Below are positions 1 through 15,933 of a DNA stretch of 64,000 nt, one piece after another. The notes beneath the pieces are model-generated. The model was not told the DNA's origin. It did not search any database and worked only from the letters and a program-made list of their open reading frames with translations. The DNA is from the human T2T-CHM13v2.0 reference genome, Homo sapiens. Location: NCBI RefSeq assembly GCF_009914755.1, contig NC_060933.1, one strand, 5' to 3'. The number at the start of each line of letters is the position of its first letter. Position 1 is the first letter of the stretch. The position numbers and the translations under genes are program-made.

Positions 1-453
1 ACTGAAGCTTGGAAATTAAATCGCCAAGAAGTTGTGGAGGACGATAAAAGACTTAAAACTACCTGCAAACTGGGAAGTTAATAAGGCTCATTTCAAATGG
101 GAATTGCAGGAAGAAGGAGAAAAAAAAAAGAATGTTCACAAAAAGACTATGAGAAAAGATACAGAAAGATGGGAGAGGAAAAGGAAAAACTCCAATCTGG
201 GATTTTTACATTATGCCACTTCCCAGTTACACCAGTATCATTTGTTGACCAAGCAGATCAAACCTGACATAGAAATATATTAAAAACTAAGAGAAAAATA
301 TGGAGAGGAGTTCTATACAACATCTAACAGCCTTCTTCATGGAACATATTTGCCTTCCACAGAGAAAACTGATAGGACAGAAAAGCAAATTGAAAACTGA
401 GATGAATATAGCTGGAGACACCCTTAGGATGATGATGCAGATATCAACTACTA
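1..453 (+). pseudogene. SYF2P2: SYF2 processed pseudogene fragment (5' part lies outside the window; 3' end truncated)
   Basis: Intronless, with frameshifts and stops. Translation LKLPANWE...ERWERK...LGF...QYHLLTKQIKPD...KLREKYGEEFYTTSNSLLHGT...DDDADINY follows the splicing factor SYF2. The symbol is from locus recall. Confidence 0.85.
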
Positions 454-1052
454 AACATTTAAAGAATTAACAACAATCCTTCTTAAACTCTTCCAAAAAA
501 ATGAAGCAGAGAAAAACTTTCTAACTAATTCTATGAGGTTAGCATTACCCTGATACCAAAGGCAGATAAAGACATCATTAGAAAAGAAAATTACAGACCA
601 ATATCCTTTATAAATATAGATGATAAAATCCTCAATAAAATATTAGCAGGTTGAACTCAACAGCAAATTAAAATGATCATTCACCATAACCAAGTGGAAT
701 TTATTCCAAGAATGCAGGGGTGATTACACATAAGAAAATCAATCCATGTAACACATCATATTAACAGAATGAAGGGGAAAAACCAAATGATCATTTCAGT
801 TGACACAGAAAAAGTATTTAACAAAATCTAACCTTTTAATGATAAAAATTAAGAAAACTAGGAATAAAGAGACCATTTCCCAACACGATATAAAGCATTT
901 ATGAGAAAGCCACAGCTAGCAGGATATCAATGATGAAATACTGAAAGTTTTCCCCCTAAGATCAGGAACAAGAAAAGGATGCCCTGCTATTCAATATTGT
1001 AATGGAAGTTCTAACCAGAGCTATTCAACAAGAACAAGTAATGGAAGGCATC
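454..1052 (+). mobile_element. Old L1 ORF2 (RT region) fragment
   Basis: L1 ORF2 motifs ttctatgagg..agcattaccctgataccaaa, acagaccaatatcc and ctaagatcaggaacaaga..ggatgccc. Confidence 0.85.
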
Positions 1053-1148
1053 AGCTGAGAATGGTGGCTTATGCCTGTCATCCCAGCACTTTGAGAGGCC
1101 AAGGTGGGAGGATTACTTGAAGCCAGGAGTTCAAAACCAGCCAGGGCA
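1053..1148 (+). mobile_element. Truncated Alu left monomer
   Basis: ggtggcttatgcctgtcatcccagcactttg...aggagttcaaaaccagcc, ends abruptly. Confidence 0.8.
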
Positions 1149-1473
1149 AACTTTTCCTGAGGGAAAGTTTGGAACTTCTTAGAGATTGATTAAGTGGTTG
1201 TGATCAAAATGTTCATACAAATATAGACAGTAAAGGCCAAGCTGACATCTCAGATACAAATTAAGAATTTATTAGGAACTGGACCAAACCTTGTTAGTAT
1301 AAACAAAGAACTGGCTGCATTGTCTCCATGCTCTAGGACTCTGTAGAAGGTCAAACTTAAGAGTAAAGACCTAGGACATCTGGTGGAAGAAATTTCTAAG
1401 CAGCAAAGCCTTCAAGAAGTGGCGTGGCTGCTTTTACCTGCTTACAATCAGTTCCAGCAGGAAAAGAATCACC
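1149..1473 (+). mobile_element. MaLR (MST/THE1-type) internal sequence, left part
   Basis: ggaaagtttggaacttcttagaga, tggtggaagaaatttctaagcagcaaagc; continues at 17505. Confidence 0.75.
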
Positions 1474-2489
<1,016 letters not shown>

Positions 2490-3156
2490 TTTTTTCTGTT
2501 TCTTTTTAAAATCTTTCAGAAAGAGCATTTTAGAAGAAAATGAGTCTCCAGTCTCAGGTTTTTCTGATCACTTATAGCTAGGATGATCTATTCTAGACAG
2601 GTAGGTCTCACATTATTAGAAAAGCTCATTTTTAGCAGGTTGTAAAGTATCATGTTCTACAAACAGAAAATAGGGACAGAAAGAAAGAAAACAACAAACA
2701 AATGAAAAGATAGAGCCATTTTTCTCTGAAGTTCATACATCAGTAGGCTGGCATATAGGTTGCTGTTATTTTCTTCTGAAGTTTAAGTTGTGTAGCTTCA
2801 GTTCACAGGGTTTTAAGAAAGCACAGCATAACTTTTAGTGATTTCAAATCACAAAAAATGGAAAAAAAGGAAGGAAAGAAGAAAAAAATTGAAAATATTA
2901 TTTTGAATACCTGTACCCCCCCAAAATTTTTAAATTCAGTCCAAACTAGAAAATAATAAAAATTGAAAAATATTAGGCAAGACTAGAATCTAATAACAGG
3001 TACACTATAGTTCACTTTGAAAAATAATTTTTCTCTCTCCAGTCCCCATTTTCACTAAATACAAATCATAGGACAAATTTATGCATAAAATAAGTGTTAG
3101 TCTTATTATACTTGGCCTGTGTATTTGCATGAAGTCAGCAAGAATAATTATGTGCT

Positions 3157-3450
<294 letters not shown>

Positions 3451-3592
3451 TTATTTGCCATATAGGCTCTTTAAAAAAAAAAAAACTGGCTTTGCTGGAA
3501 CTTTATTCCATAAGAAATTTCAGATTGGACTTGAGCCTAGCCTGTACCTGCAGATACCTGTATTAATTGGGTGAATTCCCAAGATAATTTGA

Positions 3593-3923
<331 letters not shown>

Positions 3924-4550
3924 AGAAAGTGACATGCTTTACTTACCACACGTCAGGAAACTGTACAGGAACTGTGTGGAAAGGCATGAGGCCAGCTTTC
4001 CCAAGGGGCTTTTATGACTCTGTAAGTCAACTTTGATTCCTTAAAGCAGTTGATTTATATCTGAAAGTAAGCCATTCCAATCAAAGCCTTGGTAAAATAA
4101 CCAGTGTCTTCAATTGTATCCTGTTACAAAAGAAAACAGATTCTTATTGAACTTATGCAAATAACTAGACTGCTATAAATTAAGTATACTTGCTAATAGT
4201 TTTCAAATTCTGGAGAATTCAGGTAGAGGAATATGCTTCAGATTTTGCTCACGGGAATTTAGTTTACCCAATTGTTAAAAGCTGTAAATAGCTCAAAGAA
4301 AAAGGGTTTTCTGGACTCAGAAACAAAAGAATTACCAATGTTTCAAACAAAGTCATAAAAAGATTATTTCAGTTTTCCATTAGTTTAGTCCATGTAATTA
4401 ACTCCGGTTCTGCTCAATGTTTATGAACACATTAACTGTCTACAGGAGTCTTAGATGTTTCTCCTCTATTCTAGTGTCACAATCTCCCAAGTTATCAGAA
4501 ACCTGCATTCAAAAGCACCTGTCAGAGTCATATAGCTATTTATAAAATCA

Positions 4551-4901
<351 letters not shown>

Positions 4902-5018
4902 TTAGAACAGTCATAGTTAGACAGGACTGACAAGGAAATTTAGTTACTTCTGTGGCATACAACAATTTTACATGATAAGCATAATTACTACTGACAACAT
5001 ATACTAAGACTCATCCGA

Positions 5019-5387
<369 letters not shown>

Positions 5388-5624
5388 TTATATCAAGCCA
5401 AATATGTCTTTTTTGCACTTCAGGAGACCTAATATCAAAAAAAATTAAGGGAAGCAAAGTCAGAATTTGATTTTGGAAAGTTTGTCAAATATAACACTTG
5501 ATATCACAAAATAGGATCATGGTAAAATATTATAAAATAATTCTTTTTTTAGCCAAAATGATAACTCAAAGATTTCAAAAAGGAAAAATCTTTTATTCTT
5601 TGAGAAAAGAGACTTACTTTCCTA

Positions 5625-6000
<376 letters not shown>

Positions 6001-7626
6001 TTAGTCATTTGACCGTAAGATATAATTTCCATAAACCTTTCTATAACCTGTATAACCTTTTTTTAAGGAGTGTGCTAATGCTCTAAGAAAATGCTCAAAA
6101 ACCAGCCATATGCTGGTTTTGCATCAGTGTGCCTTTGACATTAATGGTTAGGTTTATAGAGAACCAAACTAATTTAATCTCTCAACATCAGCCCTTACAA
6201 TCTCATGCACCCAGCTCTTCCACAATAGTCCCTGAGCCTTGGGAAGTCGAATACGTTTAATTTCTGGCCCTGTGTCTCATGAAAGCAGTTTATTTTGATT
6301 GGCATCTTCTACCAGGTCTGAAGATGAGGCTTTAACTGCTGTCAGTATTTAAGATTGAGCAGGACTTAGTGTCCTTTTTAGACTCAAGAGTCAAACCCTG
6401 TAATTGAATGGCACAAAAACTTGAAAAGCACATACAGAAAGTTACACGGATGCAATAACTTTAATTTAGAATGTTTTTTCAGTTTTTTCTAAGCAAACCA
6501 AAACTTAATAGTAATGATATAGGAATTATTTCAATAAAACATAAAATCTGTTTGTTAGGCCAGTTACCAAAAGGCAAAAGCAAAGACCTTCTGCAGTGTA
6601 ATTTCTGTTCCCTATGGGGAATCCATTTAGATAATCTGCAAGTCAAAACTAATGAAAATAGTACTTGAATTAGACATAGGAAGAATGTTTCCTGGGTCAC
6701 AAGTAAAAATTTTCAGATTCATAGAACAATTTAAAGCCAAGAGCACAGGACACTATGTTAGAAGAAAACATTTCCTTTAGACCTTTAAGATAAAACATTT
6801 TTAGCATCAGGCCACAACAAATAATTAGAACCTGAGGGGAGAAAAACTTACAGGAGCTGAAAATGAGTTGAAGGAGAGTTATTATTTCAGGCCTTTTAAA
6901 AGGGGAGAGAAAGCTGAAAACAGCAAAATGCAATAAAAGTTGAACTTTGGGCTAAAAAAAAAATTAAAATCTCTTGTAATTTTATTAAGAGTAAATCAAT
7001 ACCTTAAGAAAATTTTGCTGTTCTAACCAATTCTTTAGTGTTTGTTTTTTTTAGATCAAAACCCAATCTCTAGAAAAAGTATTATAAATAGTTTCCCTTT
7101 AATTACAGACAACTTGATACAAATCATTTACAACATGCTTGGACTTCCTGTTTTATCCTAAACATCCCTCTTTCTTAAATAACCAGTCATTTTATTTCAG
7201 GACAAAATTTTACCACACGAGATTCTTTCTTACATAAAATTATTTTCCTTTTAACCTTTCTTGCCAAAAACAACTCTTTATATTTGTAACTTTCTTTACA
7301 TTGCTCATATTTACTGACTACCTTTATCTTGTTTCATAAATAACTTTTAAATAACCTTGGAATTAGACAAAAATTATTTTCCTTTAAATAAGAACACATT
7401 TCTTTTTTTAGAAAAATGTTTTCCTATAACTTTTTAAAAGGAAATGACCCAGACATTTAATGAATATCTATTATTTAACTTCATATAACTTTAGATTTTA
7501 AATTATATGATAAGATCATTTATAAGCATTTATTCCATTACATTTACCTAATTAATTTTTAAAAATAGTTTACCCAGATTACTTATGAAAACTGTGATAG
7601 CTATCATTTAAAGTTATTTCCCTGAT

Positions 7627-7950
7627 GGCCAGCCCAGTGGCTCATGCCTGTAATCCCAGCACTTTGGGAGGCTGAGGCAAGAGGATCGCTTGAGGCCAGG
7701 AGTTTGAGACCAGCCTGGCCAACATGGCAAAACACCACCTCTACTAAAAACACAAAAATGAGCTAGGCCATAGTGGTGCATGCCTGTAATCCCAGCTACT
7801 TGGGAGGCTGAGGCACAAGAATCACTTGAACCTGGGAGGCAGAGGTTGCAGGTTGCAGTGAGCCGTGATCATGCCACTACACTCCAGCAGGGGTGCCAGA
7901 GCAAGACTTTATCACAAACAAAGAAACAAACAAAAAGCAACAAAAATAAA
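7627..7950 (+). mobile_element. Alu
   Basis: Full dimer, A/C-rich tail. Confidence 0.9.
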
Positions 7951-7966
7951 CTTATTTTCTTGTTAA

Positions 7967-9062
7967 CTATTTGTTTTTGTTTTTGATTTCCTTCGACTTT
8001 TAAGTTCTGAGGCACATGTGCAGGATGTGCAGGTTTATTATATATGTAAACGTGTGCCATGGTGGTTTGCTTCACAGATCAACCCATCGCCTTGGTATTA
8101 AGTCCAGCATCCATTAGCTATTCTTCCTGATGCTCTCCCTCCCACTGAGAAGCCCCAGTGTGTGTTGTTCCTCTCATGTGTCCATGTGTTTTCATTGTTC
8201 AGCTCCCACTTATAAGTGAGAACACGCAGTGTTTGGTTTTCTGTTCCTGCGTTAGTTTGCTGAGGATAACAGCTTCCAGCTCCACCCATGTCCCTGCAAA
8301 GGACATGATCTCATTCCTTCTTATGGCTGCATAGTATTCCATGGTGTGTATGTACCATGTTTTCTTTATCCAGTCTATCATTTATGGGCATTTGTGTTGA
8401 TTCCATGTCTTTGGTATTGCAAGTAGTGCTGCAATGAACATACACATGCACGTTTTCTTTATAACAGAATGATTTATATTCCTTTGGGTATTTACCCAGT
8501 AATGGGATTGCTGGGTCAAATGGTATTCCTGCCTCTAGATCTTTGAGGAATTGCCACACTGTCTTCCACAATTTACACTCCCACCAACAGTGTAAAAGTG
8601 TTCCTTTTTCTCTGCAACCTTGACAGCATCTGTTGTTTCTGGACTTTTTAGTAATCGCCATTCTGACTGGCATGAGATGGTATATCACTGTGGGTTTTCT
8701 GGGGGTTTTGTTTGTTTTGAGGCAGAGTCTCGCTTTGTTGCCCAGGCTGGAGTGCAGTGACACGATCTTGACTCACAGAAACCTACACCTACTGGGTTCA
8801 AGCAATTCTCCTGCCTCAGCCTCCTGAGTAGCTGGGATTTCAGGCATGTGCTACCATGCCCAGCTAATTTTTGTATTTTTGGTAGAGACAAGGTTTCACC
8901 ATGTTGGCCAGGCTGGTCCCGAATTTCTGACCTCCAGTGATCCATCCACATTGGCCCCCAAGGTACTGGGATTACAGGCACGAGACACTGCTCCTGGCCT
9001 CATTGTGGTTTTGATTTGCATTTCTCTAATGATCAGTGATGTTGACCTTTTTTTCATACGGT
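7967..9062 (-). mobile_element. L1PA-type 3' end (ORF2 C-terminus plus 3'UTR), with an antisense Alu nested at ~8705-8999
   Basis: Minus-strand ORFs MEYYAAI...ILSKLTQEQKTK and [12 protein letters not shown]...[10 protein letters not shown]; 3'UTR cacatgtgcagga..gtgcagg. Confidence 0.9.
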
Positions 9063-9360
9063 TAACCATTTTTATAATCTGTAAATTTCAGATTTTCCTA
9101 GGTAAGAAACTTAAGATTAGATAAATGGTGTTTTGTTTACCAAAAATTCAGGATTTAGCTGTTTTCATTAACTAAACAATATTAAATGCCTTATATATCA
9201 AATTTTACATAAACAATTCTCTTTTGGGCTACATTCATAGCTTTACAACCTTCATGCCAAATGTTGACATCTAGCAGAGATCAATTCTGAAGCCATTTCT
9301 AATTCTACTTCACCAGTATTTTTAAAACCAGCTTATTTATTAAAGATTTACTTAAGTTGA

Positions 9361-9661
9361 GGCTGGGTGTGGTGGCTCACGCCTGTAATCCCAGCACTTT
9401 GGGAGGCCGAGGCAGGCGGATCATGAGGTCAGGAGATCGAGACCATCATGGCTAACACAGTGAAACCCCATCTCTACTAAAAATACAAAAAATTAGCCTG
9501 GTGTGGTGGCAGGCATCTGTAGTCCCAGCTACTCGGGAGGCTGAGGCAGAAGAATGGCATAAGTAAACCCGGGAGGCGGAGCTTGCAGTGAGCCGAGATG
9601 GTGCCACTGCACTCCAGCCTGGGGGACAGAGTGAGACTCCGTCTCAAAAAAAAAAAAAAAA
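9361..9661 (+). mobile_element. AluY-like
   Basis: gagatcgagaccatc and gcggagcttgcagtg diagnostics; TSD gatttacttaagt. Confidence 0.9.
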
Positions 9662-9990
9662 TGATTTACTTAAGTCACTTGAAGTTGAAAAAGCACTTGG
9701 TTTAAAGTCTCAATTTTCTAATAAAGTATTTGATTAAGTGCTTTTTTCTTTAAGCCAATTAATTAAAGCTCTTTTATATATTTTTAGTAATGAAACATCA
9801 TATACATGACACATAAATATGTAGATGTATTAGACACGCAGGTAGAAGTAGATCTTATAGATTCATAAAACCTCTTTTTCCCTATTTTAGACTTCCAAAT
9901 TCCTTTCTTTTCTTTTTTTTTTTTTTTTGGCAGCAAAGAAAGAATTTAATAATCACAGGGCTAGCCAAGTGGTAATGAAATGGGAGGACT

Positions 9991-12900
9991 GGGAGGGGGC
10001 CTGAACAATCCCTGAGGAGGAGTAGAATAGCAGACGGAACACTGAGAAGTGATTTCCTTGAGGATAGATTTTCATGATGGAAAGGAAATGAGAGGTTCTA
10101 AGAGGTGGGCTAGCGGCTTGTAACCTACATGGAAGAGGCTATGAAATGATGACAGAATAGAATGGGCCTGTGAGGCTGGAAGGAGATATTTTCCTTGGTC
10201 TAAGAACCATTTGCCTTGTGTGGGAAGAGATTGATAGGTGGAAGTTTCAGTGGGGGAGTAGGTGGGAGTGACCGATGAGAAGGAGAAAAACTGGCCATGA
10301 GGGACAGAAGTTGGAATGCTAGCTGCTTTTTTAGCTACCTTATCAGCATAAGTGTTGCCCTGAGCGATGGGATCTGACGCCTTTTGATGGCCCTTGCAGT
10401 GAATGAATCCAGCTTCCTTTGGAAGTAAAGTGGCCTTGAGAAGAGTTTTTATTAAAGAGGCATTAATGATGGAGGACCCTTGCGTAGTGAGGAAACCTCT
10501 TTCAGCCCATATAACAGTATGGTGGTGCAGGATATGGAAGGCATATTTAGAGTCAGTATAAATATTGACACGTAGTCCCTTTGCAAGGGTGAGGGCTTGA
10601 GTTAAGGCAATGAGTTTGACTTGCTGAGAGGTAGTGGAGAGGGGCAGAAAGTATATGCATCAGGTATGAGGAAGAAAATAGATTTTGGAAGTTATGAGAA
10701 CTGTAGAGAGTGAGTTGAGCATAGTTTGTGATTTTGAGGGCCTCTAAAAGTATTAAGGCAGTGGCAGCTGCCGCACACAGACATGAGGGCTAGGCTAAAA
10801 CAGTAAGGTCAAGTTGTTTGGATAAAAAGGCCACAGGGCACGGTCCCAGTCCTTGTGTAAGAATTTTGACTGCACAGCCCTGCACTTCAGCTATGTGTAA
10901 TGAAAAAGGCTGGGATGAGTTAGGGAGAGCTAGTGTGGGAGCAGCTTTTAGGGCTGTTTTTTAAGAAATGGAAAGGGGAGTGGGGAAAGAATTTAGGATT
11001 TATGGGGTCAGCTAGGTTTATCTAGAACAGAATGGGTTGTGGAGGGAGGTACTGAGGATAGGAGAGTCTATGGGTTTGGCACCACGGGGTAGATAGGCAA
11101 GACAATTTGGTTGATAAGGCGCAGATCCTGAACTAACCTGTAAGACTTGTCCAGTTTTTGGACAGGTAAAATGGGGAAATTGTAAGGAGTGTTTATAGGC
11201 TTTAAAAGGCCATGCTGTAACAGGCGAGTGATAACAGGCTTTAATGCTTTGAAAGCCTGCTGTGGGATGGGATACTGGTGTTGAGCAGGGTAAGGGTGAT
11301 CAGGTTTTAATGGGATGGTAAGGGGTACGTCATCCATCGCCAAGGAGGGAGTAGAGGTGTCCTATACTTGTGGATTAAGGTGGGGAGATACAAAGAGAGG
11401 ATGTGAAGGAGGCTTTGAACTGGGGGGAAAGGCAGCAATGAGGTGTGGCTGTAGCCCAGGAATAGTCAGGGGAGTAGATAATTTAGTTAAAATGTCTCGA
11501 CCTAATAAGGGAGCTGGGCAGGTGGGGATAACTAAAAAGGAGTGCATTAAAGAATGTTGTCCAAGTTGGCACCAGAGTTGGGGAGTTTTAAGAGGTTTAG
11601 CAGCCTGGCCATCAATACCCACAACGGTTATGGAGGCAAGGGAAACAGGCCCTTGAAAAGAAGGTAATGTGAAGTGGGTAGCCTTCGTATTGATTAAGAA
11701 GGGGACGGACTTACCCTCCACTGTAAGAGTTACCCAAAGCGTCTGTGATGGTCCAGGAGGCTTCCGAGGTGATCAGGCAACGTCAGTCTTCAGCCACTGA
11801 GCCGAGAAGATCTGGGAAGGAGTCAGTCAGAGCCTTGGGCCAGTTAGACAGTCCAGTTTCCAGTGGGGTCCCACACAGATGGGACACGGCTTAGGAGGAG
11901 TCCCAGTTCTGTGGGCATCCCTTGGCCTAGTGGCCAGATTTCCAGCACTTGAAGCAAGATCCTGGGGGAGGAAGTCCTGAAGGAATGCCTGACTGCTGTG
12001 GCTTAGGCGTTTTGAAGTTTTTGTGTGCTGGAGATATGGCTGGGGTTTCTCACACAGCAGAGGCAAGTAATTGCAACTCTTTATTATTGTACACCTTGAA
12101 GGCGCGGTTAATTAGGTCCTGTTGTGGGGTTTGAGGACTGGAAGCTCATTTTTGGAGCTTTTTCTAATGTCGGGAGCGGACTGGGTAATAAAATGCATAT
12201 TGAGAATAAGGCGGCCTTCCGGCCCCTCTGGGTCTAGGGCGGTAAAGCGTCTAAGGGTTGCTGCTAAGCGGGCCATGACCTGGGCTGGGTTTTCGTCTTT
12301 ACCTCGGGTAGTTTTTAATTTTGTCATAATTAAAAGCTTTGTGTGCTGCCTTTTTAAGCCCTTCAACTAGGCAGGAAATCATGTAATCTCGCCTAGCTAT
12401 ACCTGGGGAATCTGCCTGATAGTTCCTTTGGGGGTCCTCTCGGGGAACTGCTCTGATGCCTTCCTGGAGGCCTGGCTCATGAAGCCAGCGGTTGTCAGCG
12501 TGAGACTGGGCTAGAGAAAAAACTCTTTCCCGTTCATCTGGGGAGAGGGTGGAAGTCAGGATGACATTTAAGTCACTGCAGGTTAACTTGCAGGACAGAG
12601 TTAGATATCGGAATTCCTGTATATATTTAGTGGGGTCTGATGAGAAAGAGCCCAAACACTGGCTGATTTGGGAAAAGTCTGATACAGAAAAAGGCACATG
12701 TACCCAGACTATGCCTTCAGCTCCAGCCACTTCTCTAAGAGGAAATTGTTGGGCAGGTGGGGGAGAGCTAGTCGCAGAACGAAACTGTAAAGCAGACCGG
12801 GTGTGAGGAGAGGAAGTGATAAAAGGATTATAGGGTGGGGGAGCAGTGGCTGAGGAAGAGTTGGGACCTGGCTCGGCCTAGCGAGAAGCAGCCTGGGGAG

Positions 12901-13853
12901 GAGGGGAGAGGTCAGATGGGTCTGTAGAAAAGAAGGATTCAAAGGACTCAGAGCTTGGGGTGGAGACTGAAGGAACAGACAGGAGAGAAAGAAGAAAGAT
13001 TTGGGATGAGTCACATTGGGAGCAGAGACTAGGGAGGGACCAATGTATAAAAGATTGCCTGGACGTCAGGCACCACAGACCATTTGCCCATTTTTCAACA
13101 AAAATTATCTAGATCTTGTAGGATAGACATATCAAAAGTGCCATTCTCTGGCCACTTGGAACTACTGTTGAGTTTGTATTGTGGCCAAGTGGTATTGCAG
13201 AAGAAAATAAGGCATTAAGTTTTAGGTCAGGTGTGAGTTGAAGAGGTTTTAAGTTCTTGAGAACACAGGCTAAGGGAGAAGAAGGGGGAATGGAGGGCGG
13301 AAGGTTGCCCATAGTGAAGGAGGTAAGTTTAAAGAGAAAGGTAGAGACACGGAGAAGGAGGGTGGGGAGCAGCCCTAGGCTGCAATGTGGGTGAGCAGCC
13401 AAAGCAGGCATCCCCGCAACTAACTTGCCACCAAGGGAATGTCAGTGAATGACCAAGGCAGGCATCCCCGCGGTGATCAGACGCCAATGGAGTGTGGGTG
13501 AATAATCAGGCAGGCGTCCCCACAATGATTAAACACCAAGGGAAGGCTGTCTTCCTGAGTCCATGACTGGCGCCAGAGTTTTGGGTCCATGGATAAAATG
13601 TGTCTACTTTGTCTCTACTAGAGAGGAAAAAGAACTGGAATTAGAAAGACAGGGAGATTGAAGGGTAGTGAGAAAGGCTAGATAAGAGAGTGAAAAGACC
13701 GCTTACCCAATTTGAAATTGGTGAGATGTTCCTTGGGCTGGTTGGTCTGAGGACCCAGGGTCATACATAGGTGGATCTCTTCATGGAGTGAGGGTGAGGA
13801 CAGGGGACTGGTCTCCTGAAGGAGTCCCTCTGACCCGGGTCTTCGGCACCAGA
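9991..13853 (-). mobile_element. HERV-H internal region (leader, defective gag-pro-pol), 3'-truncated after RNase H
   Basis: gag fragments EGIVWVHVPFS, GKDENPAQ and zinc knuckle CPICVGPHWKLDC; protease FLINTKATHFTLPSFQGP; RT YPAQHQYPI...YRLVQDLR; all frames broken; no env or 3' LTR. Confidence 0.9.
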
Positions 13854-14317
13854 TGTCTGTCACATCCGCGTGAAGAGAACACCAAACAGGCTTTGTGTGA
13901 GCAACAAGGCTGTTTATTTCACCTGGGTGCAGGCGGGCTGAATCCAAAAAGAGAGTCAGCAAAGGGTGGTGGGATTATCATTAGTTCTTATAGGTTTTGG
14001 GATAGGCAGTGGAGTTAGGAGCAATGTTTTGCAGGCAGGGGGTGGATCTCACAAACTACATTCTCAAGGGTAGGGAGAATTACAAAGAACCTTCTTAAGG
14101 GCGGGGGAGATTACAAAGAACCTTCTTAAGGGTGGGGGAGATTACAAAGTACATTGATCAGTTAGGGTGGGACAGAAACAAATCACAATGGTGGAGTGCC
14201 ATCAGTTAAGGCTATTTTCACTTCTTTTGTGGATCTTCAAGTGCTTCAGGCTATCTGGATGTATACGTGCAGGTCACAGGGGATATGATGGCTTAGCTTG
14301 GGCTCAGAGGCCTGACA
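13854..14317 (-). mobile_element. LTR7-family 5' LTR of HERV-H
   Basis: Minus strand begins TGTCAGGCCTCTGAGCCCAAGCTAAGCCATCATATCCCCTGTGACCTGCACG; ~31-bp U3 tandem repeats at ~14063-14150; followed by a PBS at 13834-13851. Confidence 0.92.
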
Positions 14318-14810
14318 ATTATTATGAGGCTAGACCATGTGATGTTTTTACAGTGCACTTTTTTTTTTAACAAAGACATTTCTCTAAGTGTCTAAACCAA
14401 ACTCTTCCTTGATTTAAACACCCAAGAGTAACCTCTGTTGTAATAACTGTTTTAGTCAAAAAAAATCAGGTAACACAATACAAAAGCAAGCAGTTTAAGA
14501 TCTGAGATGAACTCGCCTGTTTACACTCTTGGGGTTCCATAAGGAAAAACAGAGATTTCTTCCCGAAAGGGAGTCTGGCACCTTCTCTGTTTTCTTTAAG
14601 GAATCTCAGGCTGTTAGAAACTATTTTAGATTCCTCATGAAGCAGAGGGTGGCAAGAGAAAGGAGAGACAGCAGAAGTAAATGAAGAAAACAGAATTCAG
14701 TTGACTAAGAAGAAAAAAAAAACCTTTTTCTCAAAAAAAAAAAGAAAGAACAAAAGAAAAAAACAAAACAAGGTCCTAGGAGAGAAAAGAAAACCACAAA
14801 GGCCTTTTAA

Positions 14811-14812
<2 letters not shown>

Positions 14813-14842
<30 letters not shown>
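14813..14842. repeat. (CA)n microsatellite
   Basis: About 15 AC units. Confidence 0.9.
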
Positions 14843-14844
<2 letters not shown>

Positions 14845-14904
14845 TGAATATTAGCTTTTAATTAAGCTGACTTTTAAACATTGAGCTCCTTTAAAAAAAA
14901 ATTT

Positions 14905-15300
<396 letters not shown>

Positions 15301-15383
15301 TTACCAAGACAGTTGTAGGTAAAGAAAGGCATATTTATTAGAGAAAGTATTAAAATATGTTTCAAAAAAGCAATGGGCAGAAT

Positions 15384-15933
15384 TATCAGAGGTGTGTGAA
15401 TCAGAGCAACTCCATCTTGAATAGGGGCTGGGTAAAATGAAGCTGAGACCTACTGGGCTGCATTCCCAGATGATGAAGGCATTAGTCACAGGATGAGATA
15501 GGAGGTCAGCACAAGATACAGGTCATAAAGACCTTGCTGATAAAACAGTTTGCGTAAAGAAGCCAAAGCCGGCCAAAACCCACCAAAACCAAGATGGACA
15601 CGAGAGTGACCTCTGGTCGTCCTCACTGCTATACTACCACCAGGGCCATGGCAGTTTAAAAATGCCATGGCAACATCAAGAAGTTACCCTATATGGTCTA
15701 AAAAGGGGAGGCATGAATAATCCACCCCTTTTTTAGCATATAATCAAGAAATAAACATAAAAATGGGCAATCAGCAGCCCTCAGGGCTGCTCTGCCTGTG
15801 GAGTAGCCATTCTTTCTTCCTTTACTTTGCTAATAAACTTGCTTTCACTTTATGGACTCCCCCTGAATTCTTTCTTGCGTGAGATCCAATAACCGTCTCT
15901 TGGGGTTTGGATTGGGACCCCTTTCCAGTAACA
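15384..15933 (+). mobile_element. MER41A solo LTR
   Basis: tatcagagg...agagcaactccatcttgaataggggctgggtaaaat; 4-bp TSD gaat on both sides; aaaaaggggaggcatgaataatcc junction lacking the MER41B GAS segment. Confidence 0.85.

Noticed and set aside
11068-13411. HERV-H gag/pro/pol ORFs as functional genes
   Set aside because: They are fragmented by stops and frameshifts, and the protease active-site DTG reads NTK.
15384-15933. MER41 as an interferon-gamma/STAT1 enhancer
   Set aside because: The sequence is MER41A-like and lacks the tandem GAS segment of MER41B.
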